64,000 nt of DNA, taken from assembly GCA_964016885.1 (NCBI GenBank), contig OZ024757.1, forward strand, positions 36,456,001 to 36,520,000, in the 5' to 3' direction. Origin of the DNA: Eledone cirrhosa. Its lineage: Eukaryota. Positions 13,130 to 27,272 of the stretch are shown here, piece after piece. The translations under genes were made by a program, and so were the position numbers. Within the stretch, counting starts at the first letter, position 1; the number at the start of each line of letters is the position of its first letter. The notes below the pieces were generated by a model that saw only the letters and a program-made list of their open reading frames with translations, made no database searches and had not been told where the DNA came from.

Positions 13130-13226
13130 CAGGGTGTGTCTTCCCACCCCTCCCCTCCAAAAAAATGTATACACACTTTGATTAGAATACTGTTGAAGTG
13201 TGTATACATTTTTGTGGGACACCCTG
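13130..13226. mobile_element. Tc1/mariner-type mini-MITE
   Basis: TIRs cagggtgt...aaaaatgtatacacactt / aagtgtgtatacatttttgtgggacaccctg, followed by TA. Same family at 47039-47112 and a half copy at about 13771. Confidence 0.75.
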
Positions 13227-13638
13227 TATATGGATATATATATATGTATACACACACACACACACACACACATGTATATATATATATAAAATTATAATTT
13301 TATTTCTCGCCCATACGTACATATGTTTATATATATATGAATATGAAAACATGGCGTGCTGCGTGGTTGCAAATGGGTTACATATGAATAAATTTAGTCC
13401 ATAATCAGTGATCTGCCATATATATATATGTGTATGTACGTATGTTTATTACATTTATATATATTATACTCATAACGAATGTATAATGTATATGTGGATA
13501 AGATGTTACGAGCTAAGACCAGTAGGAACCATTATTCACAGATTATCACACATACATACACACATGTATATATATATATATATATTATATATTATGGAAT
13601 ACTGTTGGCTTCTTGCTACAATACTTTCTATACCTTTC

Positions 13639-13691
<53 letters not shown>

Positions 13692-14073
13692 TCATACACG
13701 GAACAAAGCGTTACCTAAGGTTTCAAGGCCCTATTTTCTCCAGATCTTTCTATATACACATACACATATACAGCGTGTCCCCAAAAAATGTATACACGCT
13801 TCAATAGCAAAATAAATGCATTACATTTTTGTGGTGTTTACATAGAATTTAGTTATATCTTTAGACCATTTTATTTTTGGGAAAGGCTGTGTATTGTAAT
13901 AAATATTACCTGTACGGGTAATCAAAGTGTGTATGCATTCATATAACCGTATCTTTGCAACATATGTGTTAGGAAGAAAGTTATGAGGAGACCACATCAG
14001 ATGGAGACACTAAACTGTAGCTATGTCTGTGTATATATATATTTATATATAAAGAGAGTAGTGTGTGTGTATG

Positions 14074-14104
<31 letters not shown>

Positions 14105-14559
14105 GTATATAAAGAGTAGTGTGTGTGTATATATATATATATACACACGTATATATATATAAAGAGAGTAGTGTATGTGTGTATATATATATATACACAC
14201 ACTACCCTCTTTTTATAAGGTGGGGGTGCAAACTCACACTTTTATACCGTAAATAATCGTGTTTAACATAATAATAAATTTCTACTTTAGGTACAAGGCC
14301 AGCAATTTGCGGGGGGGGGGGGGGGTAAATCAATCCAGTGCATTACTGGTACTTTATTTTATCGACACCGTCAGGATGGAAGGCAAAGCTAACCCCGGCG
14401 GGGGTTTGAACTCAGACCGTAAAAGGGCGATCTGAATTCAAATCCCAAATAATAATAATGCTCTTGAAAGAAAAAAAATAACAAGAGAGGAGCTACGTAT
14501 AGATAGGACTCTATTAATTAATTAAATAAATAATTTTCATTATTACACCCGTTGAACCG

Positions 14560-14680
14560 CGAGTTCAAATCGCGCCGAGGTTAACTTTGCCTTTCATCCT
14601 TACGGGGTCGATAAAAATAAAGCACCAGTAATGCACTGGGGTAATTGCTGGTCTTTGTGCTAAAAGTAGAAGCAATTATT
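14560..14680 (+). mobile_element. SINE (gagttcaaat...ctttcatcc...gtcgataaaataaagtaccagt family)
   Basis: More than ten dispersed copies in the window, e.g. 14281-14420 (reverse), 21355-21466, 24786-24880, 33495-33640, 36640-36730, 41830-41910, 46550-46790, 48193-48310 and 58258-58510. Confidence 0.8.
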
Positions 14681-15176
14681 ACACCCGTCGCCCAGACGAG
14701 TGTAATAATAAAAGGCTGGTTAGTTTATAGGTCTAGTCTAGTTAGAATTTTGAACGAATATAGTCTCCAAAAAATAGTCTTAAATTACTCGGTTTCTGTG
14801 CTTGCTCCTTCGGGGAGGGGGTGGACGGTCGATAGAATTTGAAGTACCAGTAAAATACTGAGATTTATGTGATTAACTTCTCCAAAAATTCCTGACTTTG
14901 TGTCTAAATTAAAAGATATTTAATTTCTAGCAGCCACCCACGAAAATAAGACAGAGGCGACATTGTATCTATCGTCATGAATCACTTACCTCCCTTTGTC
15001 CAGCGATATTAGATGTTAGGGTGGAGTGGAGGTGGAGGTGCTAAAATATATCAACAATACGGTGGTAGTTACGACTCATTTACATAATTGACGACGGGTT
15101 AGGCATTAATGCCTTCACAGCGAGGCTTAAATTCATATGAATAGGACTCCACGCACACACACATATATATATATAT

Positions 15177-15317
15177 ATGGTTAAGAGAGTTCCAAGTATT
15201 TTATTATGCGCATTTCAAAAACAAGTATCATCATGGGATGATATTTGCGTTCTCATCCCATGATGATACTTGTTTTTGAAATGCGCATAATAAAATACTT
15301 GGAACGCTTTTAACCAT
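15177..15317. repeat. Near-perfect inverted repeat (arms about 64 bp) derived from a dispersed repeat
   Basis: atggttaagagagttccaagt...catgggatg / catcccatg...acttggaacgcttttaaccat; single-arm copies at about 8990-9080 and 59860-59945. Confidence 0.9.
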
Positions 15318-15422
15318 CTTTTGATCTTATATTATTTATACTCCAGTCCTATAAACTGTGGAGTGCTACTTATCCGATATTTGCATTGTTTTATTGTTGC
15401 TACAATAAAACTCACCTCCTAC

Positions 15423-15476
<54 letters not shown>

Positions 15477-15714
15477 AATGACTTCTACAGAGCTAAGATT
15501 GCTTCCTCCGGTTGAAATCGTCAGGAATGGTGGTAATATTCAAATAAAAGAAAGCTCTAGTGAAAATAAATATATATCTTTATTAATGTATTAAATAGAA
15601 CACCAACCAGTCAAATTTACAGTTCTGTCTGGCCAGACTTGTCTCATGGCGTGGACGACCCGTCTAACCCATGCACGCATGGACAATGAACGTTAAACGA
15701 TGATGATAATGATA

Positions 15715-16660
15715 TCATCATCATCATCATCGTTTAACGTCCATCTTCCACGCTTGCATGGGTTTGGACGGGACTTTTCCTACTTGAGGCTAGATTGGTT
15801 GTCTTGCACGTTTACAGTGTGGACTGGGAGGTTTTTACCGTGTTACCTAAACGGCCACATTACAGCGTGGACTGTGTGTTTTTTTGTAGTGACACCTACA
15901 CGACCTCATTTATTTCGGACTGGATCTTGTGGTACCAACATAACGTTACATCGAAAGGGGTGGGGGTAGTGGGACGGGGGTGTATTTTTGTTAAGAGGTG
16001 CCTACTGACTAGGTTTCGCTTTGTACTTAGGCAAGGCGGGTCTTCTGTATTACTGTGTAGCCCCAAAGATCTCGGTCCAGTGACATTGTCTTTCAGAGGT
16101 GTAAGTGTGTGAGGTCAGAATTTATCAAGTTGTCCCAGGTTTTTCTGGGTCTGCCTACTCCGTGGCTACCATCTATTTTTATCGCCCTGCACTTTTTTAT
16201 ACAGCTGTCGTCTTTCATGCGCATCACGTGACCATACCAACGTAGTCTTCTCTCGAGTAAACAACATCTGATCCCTCTTATTCCTAATTTCTCCCTTAGT
16301 TCATTTATGCTTTGCCGTTCACGTATATTACTATTACACATCCAACGGAGCATGCATGCTTCGTTCCTCTCCAGTCTGCGTATATCCTCTGCACACAATG
16401 CCCAAGTCTCACTGCCATGTAACATTGCTGTTCATATGCAGGCATCATACAGCCTGCCTTTCATTTTTAGAGAGAAACCTTTAGCGGCCAATAGTGGTAT
16501 AAGCTCTCTGAACTTTTCCCATCCCGTTCTGACTCTAACTACTGTACTTTCAGAGCACCCTCCACCACTGCTGATTTTGTCTCCCAGGTAACGGAAGGTG
16601 TCCACTATTTCTATAGAACCATCTGTGCAATGGAATGAGCTAGTATTCTGTGGGCACTTG
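15715..16660 (-). mobile_element. RTE LINE (second subfamily), 3' portion with (TGA)n tail
   Basis: YLGDKISSGGG...MLHGSETWAL...RLRWYGHVMRM; near-identical shorter copy at 35485-36230. Confidence 0.9.
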
Positions 16661-16774
16661 CTGCTAGTTATTGCATATATATATGATTGTATGTATAGTA
16701 TATATACTGTATGTTTAATTAAGAACATTTAGAAGACCATTTGCTATGAGTTTTAAAGTTGTGACTATGTCACT

Positions 16775-17040
16775 TACTTAATCTCGGCAAAAGAAGGCTG
16801 AGATGGTATGGACATGTGATGCGCATGGAGGATGATCGCTGGGTGAAGAAGTGCCAGGAAGTCCCAGTAGAGGTACACCACGAAAAACATGGGCGGAGGT
16901 GGTGAGAGCAGACCTCAGATCGCTGAAACTCACCGAGGAGATGACGAAGGACTGTGACAGGTGGAGAGATGCTGTGCTGAATAGGACCCGTCCAACCCTT
17001 GCAAGCAGGGAAAAGCGGACGTAAAATGATGATGATGATA
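16775..17040 (+). mobile_element. Short RTE 3' fragment with (TGA)n tail
   Basis: RRLRWYGHVMRMEDDRWVKKC; another copy at about 59355-59520. Confidence 0.8.
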
Positions 17041-18949
17041 ATGCAGATATATATATGTCTGTGTGTGTGCAGGAGACCCAGAGGTAGACCCTGAGCAAGA
17101 TAGTTGGATAACATCCATGAGCTTGGCTGGTCTCACTAAGAGATCCAGCCGGATCAGTTGGAGACAGTTGCTTCTGACAGGACCCACTAGAAGGAGTGTT
17201 TGAGGACTCTGCCCCCACGACTCTCTCAGGAATAAGTGGGAGAAGATATATATGGAGGGATAGAAAGGTAGTTAGATAAAGATTTATAGTTATATTTGGG
17301 AGCTGGAAACCCTGAGTAGGATTAGTTTAGAATCTCAGTTCTATATCAATACTATGTATTGAGTACATTTTCTTTTATAAAATGAAACTCCAAAAATGCA
17401 TATATGTTTCTGTACTATATTTTATTGTTTATAAGATGAACTTTTTTAACCCAAAATTTGCTTGCGTGTCATCATCATATGCCCGTTTTTTTTGTCCGTG
17501 TGTATAAACATAATTATATATATCATCATCATCACTATCATCTTTGTGTCTTCTTTTCCATGCTTTGCATGGGTTGGACGGGATTCTTTAAGGCAGTGTT
17601 TTGCAGCTGGATCAATCCTTTTCCTGACACCTACCCTTTTAGTCACTTCTTACAACATGCAGGTATATGGTGTACCCAGCCTTTACATTACTCTATATAT
17701 ACTATTATATTTTTGTGGTAAAGGCTTTATCTCACATAATATTGAAACTATGAGATTTTGATATTATTTATTTGGAGAATAATACCTCAACATCAGTATG
17801 AGTGGTCAGTTACGGCCGGTTTGAACAGAAAGGGGTGAAAAAATTCTGGCCGTATCTGGCTGGTTTAAATGCTAAAGGGCTAAACCAGTGCACGCTAGAA
17901 AGTGATTGGTGATAGGAAGGACAGATTTTGACAGCAAATTTTGGGTAGAAAAATGTGCAGCTTGTATATGGAAAAATATGGTGTATGTTTATATATTTAT
18001 ATGTGAAATGTTTTTTTATTTTAAATGCATTGTAAATCTCTTTTTTGCTCCTCTCGATGGCCACTGTCTCAAAACTTCAGTAACTATTTTTCTTCATGTA
18101 ATTTGCTTGACTAAAAACTTGTTTAATAACTCTCTTCTTTCAACCTTATATATGTCTTACAGACACACACATATATACACACACACACACACACACATTT
18201 AATATATATAACAGTTGATCGACAAGATCCCAGACCTCATTTGCTTAACAAAAGGGGACTAGTCCAAAGTCTGTCTCAGGCCCGGAGTCTTATGAAGCCA
18301 GTGCTTATCCATGGAGTTAAACTCCCAGCTATTGCTGGTACTTATTTTCAGTTGAGCAACATGAAATGAAGTGTTTTGCTCAAGAACACAACGCACAACC
18401 CAATCCAGGAATTGAACCCACAACATTATGTTCATAAGTCCAACACCCTTACCACTAGGCCACACACTTCAATGTAATTATAACTTCTTTGACCTGTAAT
18501 TCCTGGTGGAGTTGTAAGGACATTGGAGCTCATAAAATAAGACAGAGGAAACAATAATTCCATTGGTCTCTCCAATTGCTAACACTACCAGTCACAAATC
18601 CAGACAGAAGAAACATGAAATAAAGTGTCTTGCTCAAGGATATAATGCATTGCCCGGTCCGAGAATTTGAACTCACGACCTCACGATTGAGAATCCAATT
18701 CTCTAACCACTAAGCTACACACCTTCACACACACAAATTACAGGTGGGAGGAGTGTTCATTGGGATGGTTGTATTGTGGTTAAGAGGTTCGCTTCGCAAT
18801 CATTTCCTATGTTTTATAGCATTGCTGTTCAGACACCTTGGGCAAGTTTCTTCTACCATATGTCTTAACTCACACTCTGTTGTTATTTATGGTCAGTTAA
18901 GTCCTCAAGTCATGCCCTGCTATCATGTATGTATTCTAGTGTATTATAA

Positions 18950-19210
18950 TCCAGTCTGCCCCTAAAGCCTTAAATCACTCCCTACTGTTACATAACCATG
19001 TTCAGTTGACAGTCTGCTCTTAAGGCCTTAAATCACACCCTCCTGTTACATAACCTTGTTCAGTTGACAGGTCTGCTCCTAAGGCCTTAAGTCACACCCT
19101 ACTGTTACATAACCATGTTCAGTTGACAGGTCTGCTCTTAAGGCCTTAAATTACACTCTACTGTTACATATGGTAATCTAAGGCCTTAAAACCACACCTT
19201 ACTGTTGCCT
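18950..19210. repeat. Tandem repeat, unit about 60 bp, 4-5 copies
   Basis: Recurring aaggccttaaatcacaccctactgttacataaccatgttcagttgacag. Confidence 0.85.
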
Positions 19211-19361
19211 ATTCTCTCTCTTGCAATCTGGAGATCCCCAAATGTTTTCTTTCAACTGTTGCTTACTCATCTTTTTATTCTTTACGTTTCACAGTGGCTG
19301 TCATTCGGTCTAATCCATATGACAAGTATTTCACATTTCCCAGTACTTTCAAATTAACCAG

Positions 19362-19675
19362 GAACGGCCAACACCTGCATGAAGGAGGGGGAGGGAGTCG
19401 AAGAAGAAGACGGAGTGTTGTCGTTGAGCGCTGCGATGCCAGATGAAAGCCGGACAGCAGACAAGCGCAAGGCTGAGCCACCACCTGCTGGAGAGGAGAG
19501 CGACGAAGATGACACGAACAACCACCACGACGAAGGCGGCAAGCCGGAGTTAAAGAGGAAATTCATCATGTGTTCCTCTCTCCGAAATGAAGAAGCCAAG
19601 TATATGTCTAAGTCTGAAGACGAACTTAAACAGTCTCAGAAGTCGGCACCCATCAAAATGTCACTCACTACCCAG
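19362..19675 (+). CDS. PCNP: PEST proteolytic signal-containing nuclear protein, exon 2
   Basis: Acceptor ttaaccag; acidic, PEST-like ORF ending APIKMSLTTQ; CAG|GTGAGA donor (phase 0). The 5' boundary is less certain than the 3' boundary. Confidence 0.8.
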
Positions 19676-19954
19676 GTGAGACACCTTCCTTTTTTTTTTT
19701 GTAACTAAAAGTCATCAAGCTCTATAGATACCATGCCAACCTCAGTAGTACTGATGCCGTGATAAAATGCACTCTGTAAAGTGGTTGGTGTTAGGATGGC
19801 CACTCAGTCACCTCCATCCATGCCCATCACCCACCAGTTTACAGTGTCACATATATTATTACCACAGTCATTTCCATCCATGCCCATCACCCACCAGTTT
19901 ACAGTGTCACTCACATATTTTTATATTTACCTCTTTGTATTTGTTTATTTTCAG

Positions 19955-20029
19955 AAAAAGTCTGAGATAAAGGCACCATTTATCAGGAAAAGTGCCGCTG
20001 TAGCGAAGGCTTTCAATCCTGATGAAGAG
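19955..20029 (+). CDS. PCNP: PCNP exon 3
   Basis: ttttcag|...KSAAVAKAFNPDEE|gtacgt; 75 nt, phase 0/0; matches the PCNP VAAAFNEDE motif. Confidence 0.92.
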
Positions 20030-20616
20030 GTACGTATCATCATCATCCTTTAACATTGTCCGTTTTTCCAGCCTTGCATGGGTTTGACGGGTTGTGATAG
20101 CCAGGACTAGAACAGGCTGGAAGAAGTTTAGAGGGGTGCTACCTCTGCTGACAACAAAGGGCTTTTCAGCTGGCACAGTGGAGCTGTACTTGTAACTCAA
20201 AGGAGGCTAACCTAGTCAGATGCTGTGTCACACTGAATCTCCCTGAGACCTACGCTAAGGGTACACGTGTCTATAGAATGATAAGTTATGAGGCAAGTCA
20301 GGTCTGGTTGATCACATCTTGCTTATATATATATATATATATATATATGTGCAAAAGGTTCAGCAAGTGATAAAACTGGTGAGAGTACCAATGCTTGGTA
20401 CTGATTGGTCATTCTATAAATATGTTTGTGTTAGGCTGGTTCGTTTTCAGATTTGATGTGATTTTTGTTGTGTTAACACTGGTCTGAGGATCAGGCAGAC
20501 TTGGAGTCTGGTCTGGGATGACCCCAGATTACGAGCTGGCTGCCTGGGAAACATTGGTAACTGGGTAGAGCAATAAATCTCATATGTAACACCTCCACTT
20601 TGTTCTTATCTATCTA

Positions 20617-20676
<60 letters not shown>

Positions 20677-20923
20677 GCTAAAACCCCAGTGAGAAAATTT
20701 GTTCCGAAATTATTGCCAGTGTCCAACGAACCTGCAGTTCTAGAATCAGACAGATCCATACAATGACCGTGTCTCGAGCTGTCTGCTGGCAAAACAATTG
20801 TAACACACAATAAATTGAGTCCACATGCATCACTGATTTTTCGTTTTATATTATTTGTCCATGTGCATCACAAGTCTGTACCAACAGTCTTCTCCCCTGC
20901 ACACTACCTCATATTCTTCTTAA

Positions 20924-21131
20924 CCCTTTACCATTTACATCGCTCTATATCTACTATTGTATTTTTATGGTAAACACTTTACCTCACATAATATTGAATC
21001 TATGAGATTTTGATATTATTTATTTTGAGAACAATACCTTAACATCAGTATGAGTGGCCAGTTACGACTGGTTTGAGCAGAAAAGGGTGAGAGAATTCTG
21101 GCCAGATACGGCTGGTTTAAATTCTAAAGGA
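20924..21131. mobile_element. piggyBac-type MITE (TTAA-flanked, CCCTTTA TIR)
   Basis: ttaa|ccctttaccattta ... taaattctaaagga|ttaa; same family as 22583-22793 and 32486-32755, partial copies near 5685-5820 and 17685-17880. Confidence 0.75.
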
Positions 21132-21187
21132 TTAAACCTTGCTTTTTCCTCAATTCGTCCAATTTCTCTCTCATTCACATTGTTATA

Positions 21188-21485
21188 CAGTAAAATACCA
21201 TTATAACGAAATTCACAGGGTATAAAAAAAAATTTGTTGTAATGAAAAATTCTTTATAACAAGATCAACCTAACACATGGCGCTTGTGGTCGGGGATTGA
21301 AAAAAATTTTGTTATACTGAAAAATTCATTATAATGGAATTTGTTATAATTGTTTCTACTTTTGGCACAAGGCCAGCAATTATCCCAGTGTATTACTGGT
21401 ACTTTATTTTATCGACCCCATAAGGATGAAAGGCAAAGTTAACCTCAGCGGGATTTGATTTCAGACCATAATGGAATTTTACCTG
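21188..21485. mobile_element. Tigger/pogo-like MITE interrupted by a SINE
   Basis: ta|cagtaaaataccattataac ... ataatggaattttacctg|ta termini; SINE at about 21355-21466 lies inside the right end. Confidence 0.65.
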
Positions 21486-21569
21486 TATAAAGTAAATGAA
21501 ATAAAGCATGTAAGATAGATCTTTTTGTCTCTGTTGGTATTGAATTTTGTTTGTTTGTCTTGTTTGTAG

Positions 21570-21625
21570 AGTGATGAAGAAGAGATGCCCCCGGAAGCCA
21601 AGATGAGAATGAGGAATATTGGCAG
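21570..21625 (+). CDS. PCNP: PCNP exon 4
   Basis: tttgtag|SDEEEMPPEAKMRMRNIG(R)|gtaagt; highly conserved PCNP motif EEMPPEAKMRMxNIGR. Confidence 0.95.
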
Positions 21626-21683
21626 GTAAGTAATGATGCCTCACATGACTTCTGTTGTTTATATACGGCCTAGTGTGAAGGTG

Positions 21684-21750
21684 CATGGCTTAGTGGTTAG
21701 AGCGTCGGGCGCACAATTGTGAGGTTGTGAGTTCGATTCTTGGACCGATT
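21684..21750 (+). mobile_element. tRNA-derived SINE head (Pol III A and B boxes)
   Basis: tggcttagtggttagagc (A box) ... gagttcgattc (B box); related copies at 45150-45290 and, in reverse, 5930-6030, 18350-18470 and 18610-18725. Confidence 0.7.
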
Positions 21751-22582
21751 CTCCAATCATTAAAACACCTGAGATACAACCTTTAGGAGGCCAACTAAAC
21801 CTATATAGGTATGAGATGTTGCAATAATAAACAATATTCTTGATTATTTGAAAACCATAGCAGCACTTATCATTATAAATATGGTAATTATATTGTTATA
21901 GTGTTTATATTTATCTAAAACCCTTCCGTCATTCCCTCATAATTCTATGCAAGAACCTTTGTTGTGTTATGTTCCAAACACCTATTTAATAATGAGAAAC
22001 TTATGTCATGCTCGGCCTGACTGATGTGTCTTTACTTTATATTGAATAATAATATAAATTTAAATAATTTTAAAAACCATACAATGCATTAGAAAATTAA
22101 AGGTGCCAAGATAACGATGGAATCTTACCTTAGCAAATTTAACTATCCCGAATATTTTGGGGTTTAAAAACCCATTATCAAGGTAATATCCCTGAAGGTC
22201 TTAGAAGATTGGTCGAAGATGAGTTGTTAGGAAGACAGAATTTAATAATAATAATAATGAAATTATTTTGTACAGTGCTCAGGTGCACTACAACTAAAAC
22301 TAAAGCATCTTGAGGTTGACAGGAGTCGAACATGTGACCTCCTGTTCCCTAGTCTAAATGCATTATACAATGACCCATAAGTTACTTAGTCTTTCCAAAT
22401 TCTTGGATATTCTCAAAATTATTCAAATGCCATCAGCAGTGTCTTACATTAGAAATATGGTAAGGATATTGATAAAGTGTTTATATTTATCTAAAAATCT
22501 TTCTATTATTCCACCATAACTCTATGCAAGAACCTTTATGTTCTAAACACTAATTTAATAATGAGAAAGTTATGTTTCTTAA

Positions 22583-22793
22583 CCCTTTAGCATGTAAACC
22601 GGCCATAATTCTTTCACCTCTTTCTGTTCAAACCGGCCATAACTGGCTTCTCATACTGACATTAAGGTATTATTCTGAAAATAAATAACATCAAAATCTT
22701 GTATATTCGATATTATGTGAGATAATTATGTAAGATAAAGCCTTTATTGTGAAAATACAATCGTATATATAGAGTAATGTAAATGCTAAAGGG
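22583..22793. mobile_element. piggyBac-type MITE
   Basis: ttaa|ccctttagcat ... atgctaaaggg|ttaa: perfect TIRs with TTAA target duplication. Confidence 0.85.
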
Positions 22794-23077
22794 TTAATCT
22801 TTCCAAATTCTTTGATATTTTCAAAATTATTCGAAAGCCATCAGCAGTGTCTTTCATTAAAAATATGGTAATAAAATTAATATTTATCTAAGAACCTTCC
22901 ATCATGATTCTAAACAAGAACCTTTATATTCCAAACACCAGCTTAATAATGAAAGAATTTGTCATATGACTAAGTCCCTAAAAATTCTTAGATATTTCCA
23001 AAATTACTTCAAAAACCTTGAGCAATGTCTTTCTTTACAATGAAAGTATTGAAAATATTTTTATATATGTGTGTGTG

Positions 23078-23113
<36 letters not shown>

Positions 23114-23125
23114 TGTATGTATATA

Positions 23126-23161
<36 letters not shown>

Positions 23162-23847
23162 TGGGAGAGATGACCCCTTAGCCTTTGTCAAGGCAGAATT
23201 CTAGGAGAAGGAAAACTCTGATATAACACCTGCAACTCTGATGGTATCCAATGATGTTGACTTGTTCTTCTTTTTGGTAAATATCATCTTGGTTAAGAGA
23301 GTGGGACTGGCTTTGTGCAGTGCCTTTGCTCACTATAAAAGCTTCACGGCACAGGCATTGCTTTATATCTGGAGATCTCTCTGCACTTGTCGTCACATGG
23401 TACCATGGGCCCTGCACTATGTGTCAATAATTGTCACAAGTGTAGTGTTTGTACCAGAGTTTTCAAGTTGCTGGCTGGACTAACAAATATCACTCGTTCA
23501 GCGCATCGGTAGGGGTTCTCCTACAGGGATATAAAGTAGTGGCCGTACTCGAAAACGAGTTGGCAGCCACCATGTATGTATATATATGTATATATGTATG
23601 TATATATATGTATGTATGTGTGTATGTATATGTATGTTTCTCTGTATGTGTATGTATGTATATATGTGTATGTATATGTATGTTTCTCTGTATGTATGTA
23701 TATGTGTGTGTATGTACATGTATGTTTCTCTGTATATGTATGTATTTATATATATGTATGTATTTATATGTATGTATACATATATATAATGTATATAAAT
23801 ATATACACCTACACACACATATATATATATTGTTCTGCTTGTTGCAG

Positions 23848-23965
23848 AGACACACCAACAGCAGCTGGGCCAAACTCCTATGGCAAAGGACGACTGGGAT
23901 TCTGTGATCGGCAGAAAATATTTGAACGAGAAATCAAGAAGAAAACCGATGGCCCTAGCAATTGA
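23848..23965 (+). CDS. PCNP: PCNP exon 5 (terminal)
   Basis: gttgcag|(R)[30 protein letters not shown]...SN*; conserved PCNP C-terminal motif; phase 2 matches exon 4. Joined CDS about 197 aa. Confidence 0.95.
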
Positions 23966-24401
23966 TGTACAAAAAAAGTCAAGGGCTCATACAGACAGAC
24001 AGGCAGACCCCCCCCCCCAAAAAAAAAACATTGTGTAGATGTAATTATGTTGACAATTGCTTGTAATGTTTCTTCTTCCATATTTCATCCATCACTTGTT
24101 CTGTACACCACCACCTCTACCAATAACAACAAGAACTTTTTGTCTGTTATACATCTATGTATGTATTTACTTTAAAACACGGTACTTAGGTATACATCTT
24201 CAGGAAAAAAAGAAAGCCCCCCAAAAAAATCTTTACGTTTCATGAGGTTTTGTTATTGAAAGGCGATTCCATTATCGGAGGTTATTCACTTATACTGATG
24301 ATGACTTCCCACAATCATCAGTTTCTACATATATATATGTTTTACGTAGTTCCAAAGGAAAAGCAAAGGAAAAAAAGAGTGCTCTATGTAGAGGACAGAG
24401 G

Positions 24402-24623
24402 TATTTAATTAGAAAGTGAACAACACAAAATATAACTACTCCATTACCAAAGGTTTCTAGATCACAGATAATAATAATATATTCTCTGGATCGTTCGTCA
24501 GATAGAGATGTTATAACATCTCTATCTGACAAATGATCCAGACGTATATATTATCGTCTGTGATCCAGAAACCTTTGGTGATGGAGTAGTTATATTTTGT
24601 GTTGTTCACTTTCTAATTAAATA
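24402..24623. repeat. Imperfect palindrome of about 220 bp in the probable PCNP 3' UTR
   Basis: tatttaattagaaagtgaacaacacaaaatataactactcc... mirrored by ...ggagtagttatattttgtgttgttcactttctaattaaata; centre gagatgttataacatctc. Confidence 0.9.
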
Positions 24624-25073
24624 AATAAATATATATATATTTGTATGTACATGTCTCTGCATGTATGTTTGTATGTGCATTTGTATCTGTGTGTGTTTGT
24701 GTATAAGTAGCGAATTGGCAGGAGTCGGGAAAATGTCAGATAGAGTGCATGCTTTGCTGTAATTTTTCTGGCTTCGACCACACTGCGCTCTCTCTCTGAG
24801 TTCAAATCCCACCAAGGTCAACTTTGCCTTTCATCCCTTCTTGGTTGATAAAACAAAACACCAGACTGGTATTGGGATTGATTCTTCCTTCATATTTCTT
24901 TTCTCTGGAAGAAATCGGCTGTTTCAGACCAGACCAGAAGGGGAGTGGACTCTACCAGGTTTAAATGTGTCTGTCATGAATTCGCTCCTGTTACACCCAT
25001 CAGAAATGATAGGACACATGGATGGATGTGTGTATATTTATACATAAATTCAATATAAAATAATATAATATTG

Positions 25074-25111
<38 letters not shown>

Positions 25112-25878
25112 TTTTGTATGTTGTGCTCATAATTTTTTGGCATTAATATATTGGTTGGATGCCCTTCCTATCACCAGCACCACTTTACAGCATGGACTGG
25201 GTGCTTTTATTCGTGCCACCAGCACTAAAGAGGTTGTCTTACTGGACTCAGGGGCCCCTCTCTCCACACATACACACACACACACACACATATATATATA
25301 TTATAAGAACAAATTAAAGTTCAAGCAACGAATCGCTGCTTTTACCCTTAATGGTAGTTTCAGAAGATCCCGTTAAGGGTGAAAGCAGCGATTCTTTGCT
25401 TAAACTTTAATCTGTTCTTATGATAAATATTTGCTCTACGGGATTATATATATATATATATATAAAATTCTTATCGAGCCCTCTTCGGATTTTAGTCTTC
25501 ACATTTATTATTACTATATATGTATATATACACACACATATATATGTATGTGTGTATATGTATATATATGTGTGTGTGTGTATATATATATTAGACATAT
25601 CTTATTTAGTTTTCTAAACAAATCACCTCACATGCCCTTCAATTAGGCTTTAGTAGGGTGATTCTTGTAAACTTGTTGGGGAAAAAAGCCGTTTTTTTTT
25701 TCTCCTTTTTATTCCAAACAGCTGTAAATATATTTTCTTCACCATCTTGGGGCTGTTTCAGGGTATGTATGTATTGTGTATTCCATACCTGGCATTGGGA
25801 GTGTATCTGCATACACACCTCTCTATATATACAGCATATAACTATAGTATACATATATATATTTAATCATTTATAGTA

Positions 25879-25932
<54 letters not shown>

Positions 25933-26404
25933 CATATATTTGAAGTTCTAGTTAAACTTTAATTAGTTACCTACCTAGCTGTGTGTGCTTACACACTTTT
26001 CAAATTATTCTCTGTGATTGTTTCATATGTTTATTTTATATATATATATGTCAATCAATTTCTAGTTGATATATATGTATATATATGTGTGTATGTGTAC
26101 ATGTATATATATACATGCATATATACATGTATATATATATATGTATGTATATATTTATATACATACATACATATGTATACATACATATGTATGTATGTAT
26201 GTATATATATATACACACACACATGGTTGTGCTGGTGAAGAAGTTCACTTTACAGTGGAGCCATTCCCACTGTGAAACCTTTAGGGAATGTTTTCTATTG
26301 TGTGTGTATGTCCCTCTCTATATATATATTTACACATACATATATATAATACATGTATTATCATTTCTGTTTAGCGTCAATTCTTCCATGCTTACATGGG
26401 TTAG

Positions 26405-26423
26405 ATGTGTGTGTATATATATA

Positions 26424-26495
<72 letters not shown>

Positions 26496-26508
26496 GAGTA
26501 TGTATATA

Positions 26509-26539
<31 letters not shown>

Positions 26540-26738
26540 GTGTATATATGTATATATATGTGTATATATATATATATATATATGAGTATGTATATATATA
26601 TGTGTTTATATATGTATATATATATATATACATATATATGAGTCTATATATATGAGTATATATATATATATGAGTATATATATATATATGAGTATATATA
26701 AATATGAGTATATATATATATGTATATATATATATGAG

Positions 26739-26790
<52 letters not shown>

Positions 26791-26802
26791 TATATATATG
26801 AG

Positions 26803-26893
<91 letters not shown>

Positions 26894-26894
26894 G

Positions 26895-26989
<95 letters not shown>

Positions 26990-27012
26990 GTATATGTATA
27001 TATATATATGTG

Positions 27013-27049
<37 letters not shown>

Positions 27050-27240
27050 GTATATATATATGTATATATATATATATATGTGTGTATATATATATATATG
27101 TATGTATACATATATATACACACATATATGAGTGTATATATATATATATGTATGTATACACATATATATATATATATATACACACACATATATATAAGTA
27201 TATATATATATGAGTATATATATATATGTATATATATGAG

Positions 27241-27272
<32 letters not shown>

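Noticed and set aside
21684-21750. tRNA gene
   Set aside because: A and B boxes are present but no complete cloverleaf; it belongs to a multi-copy SINE head.
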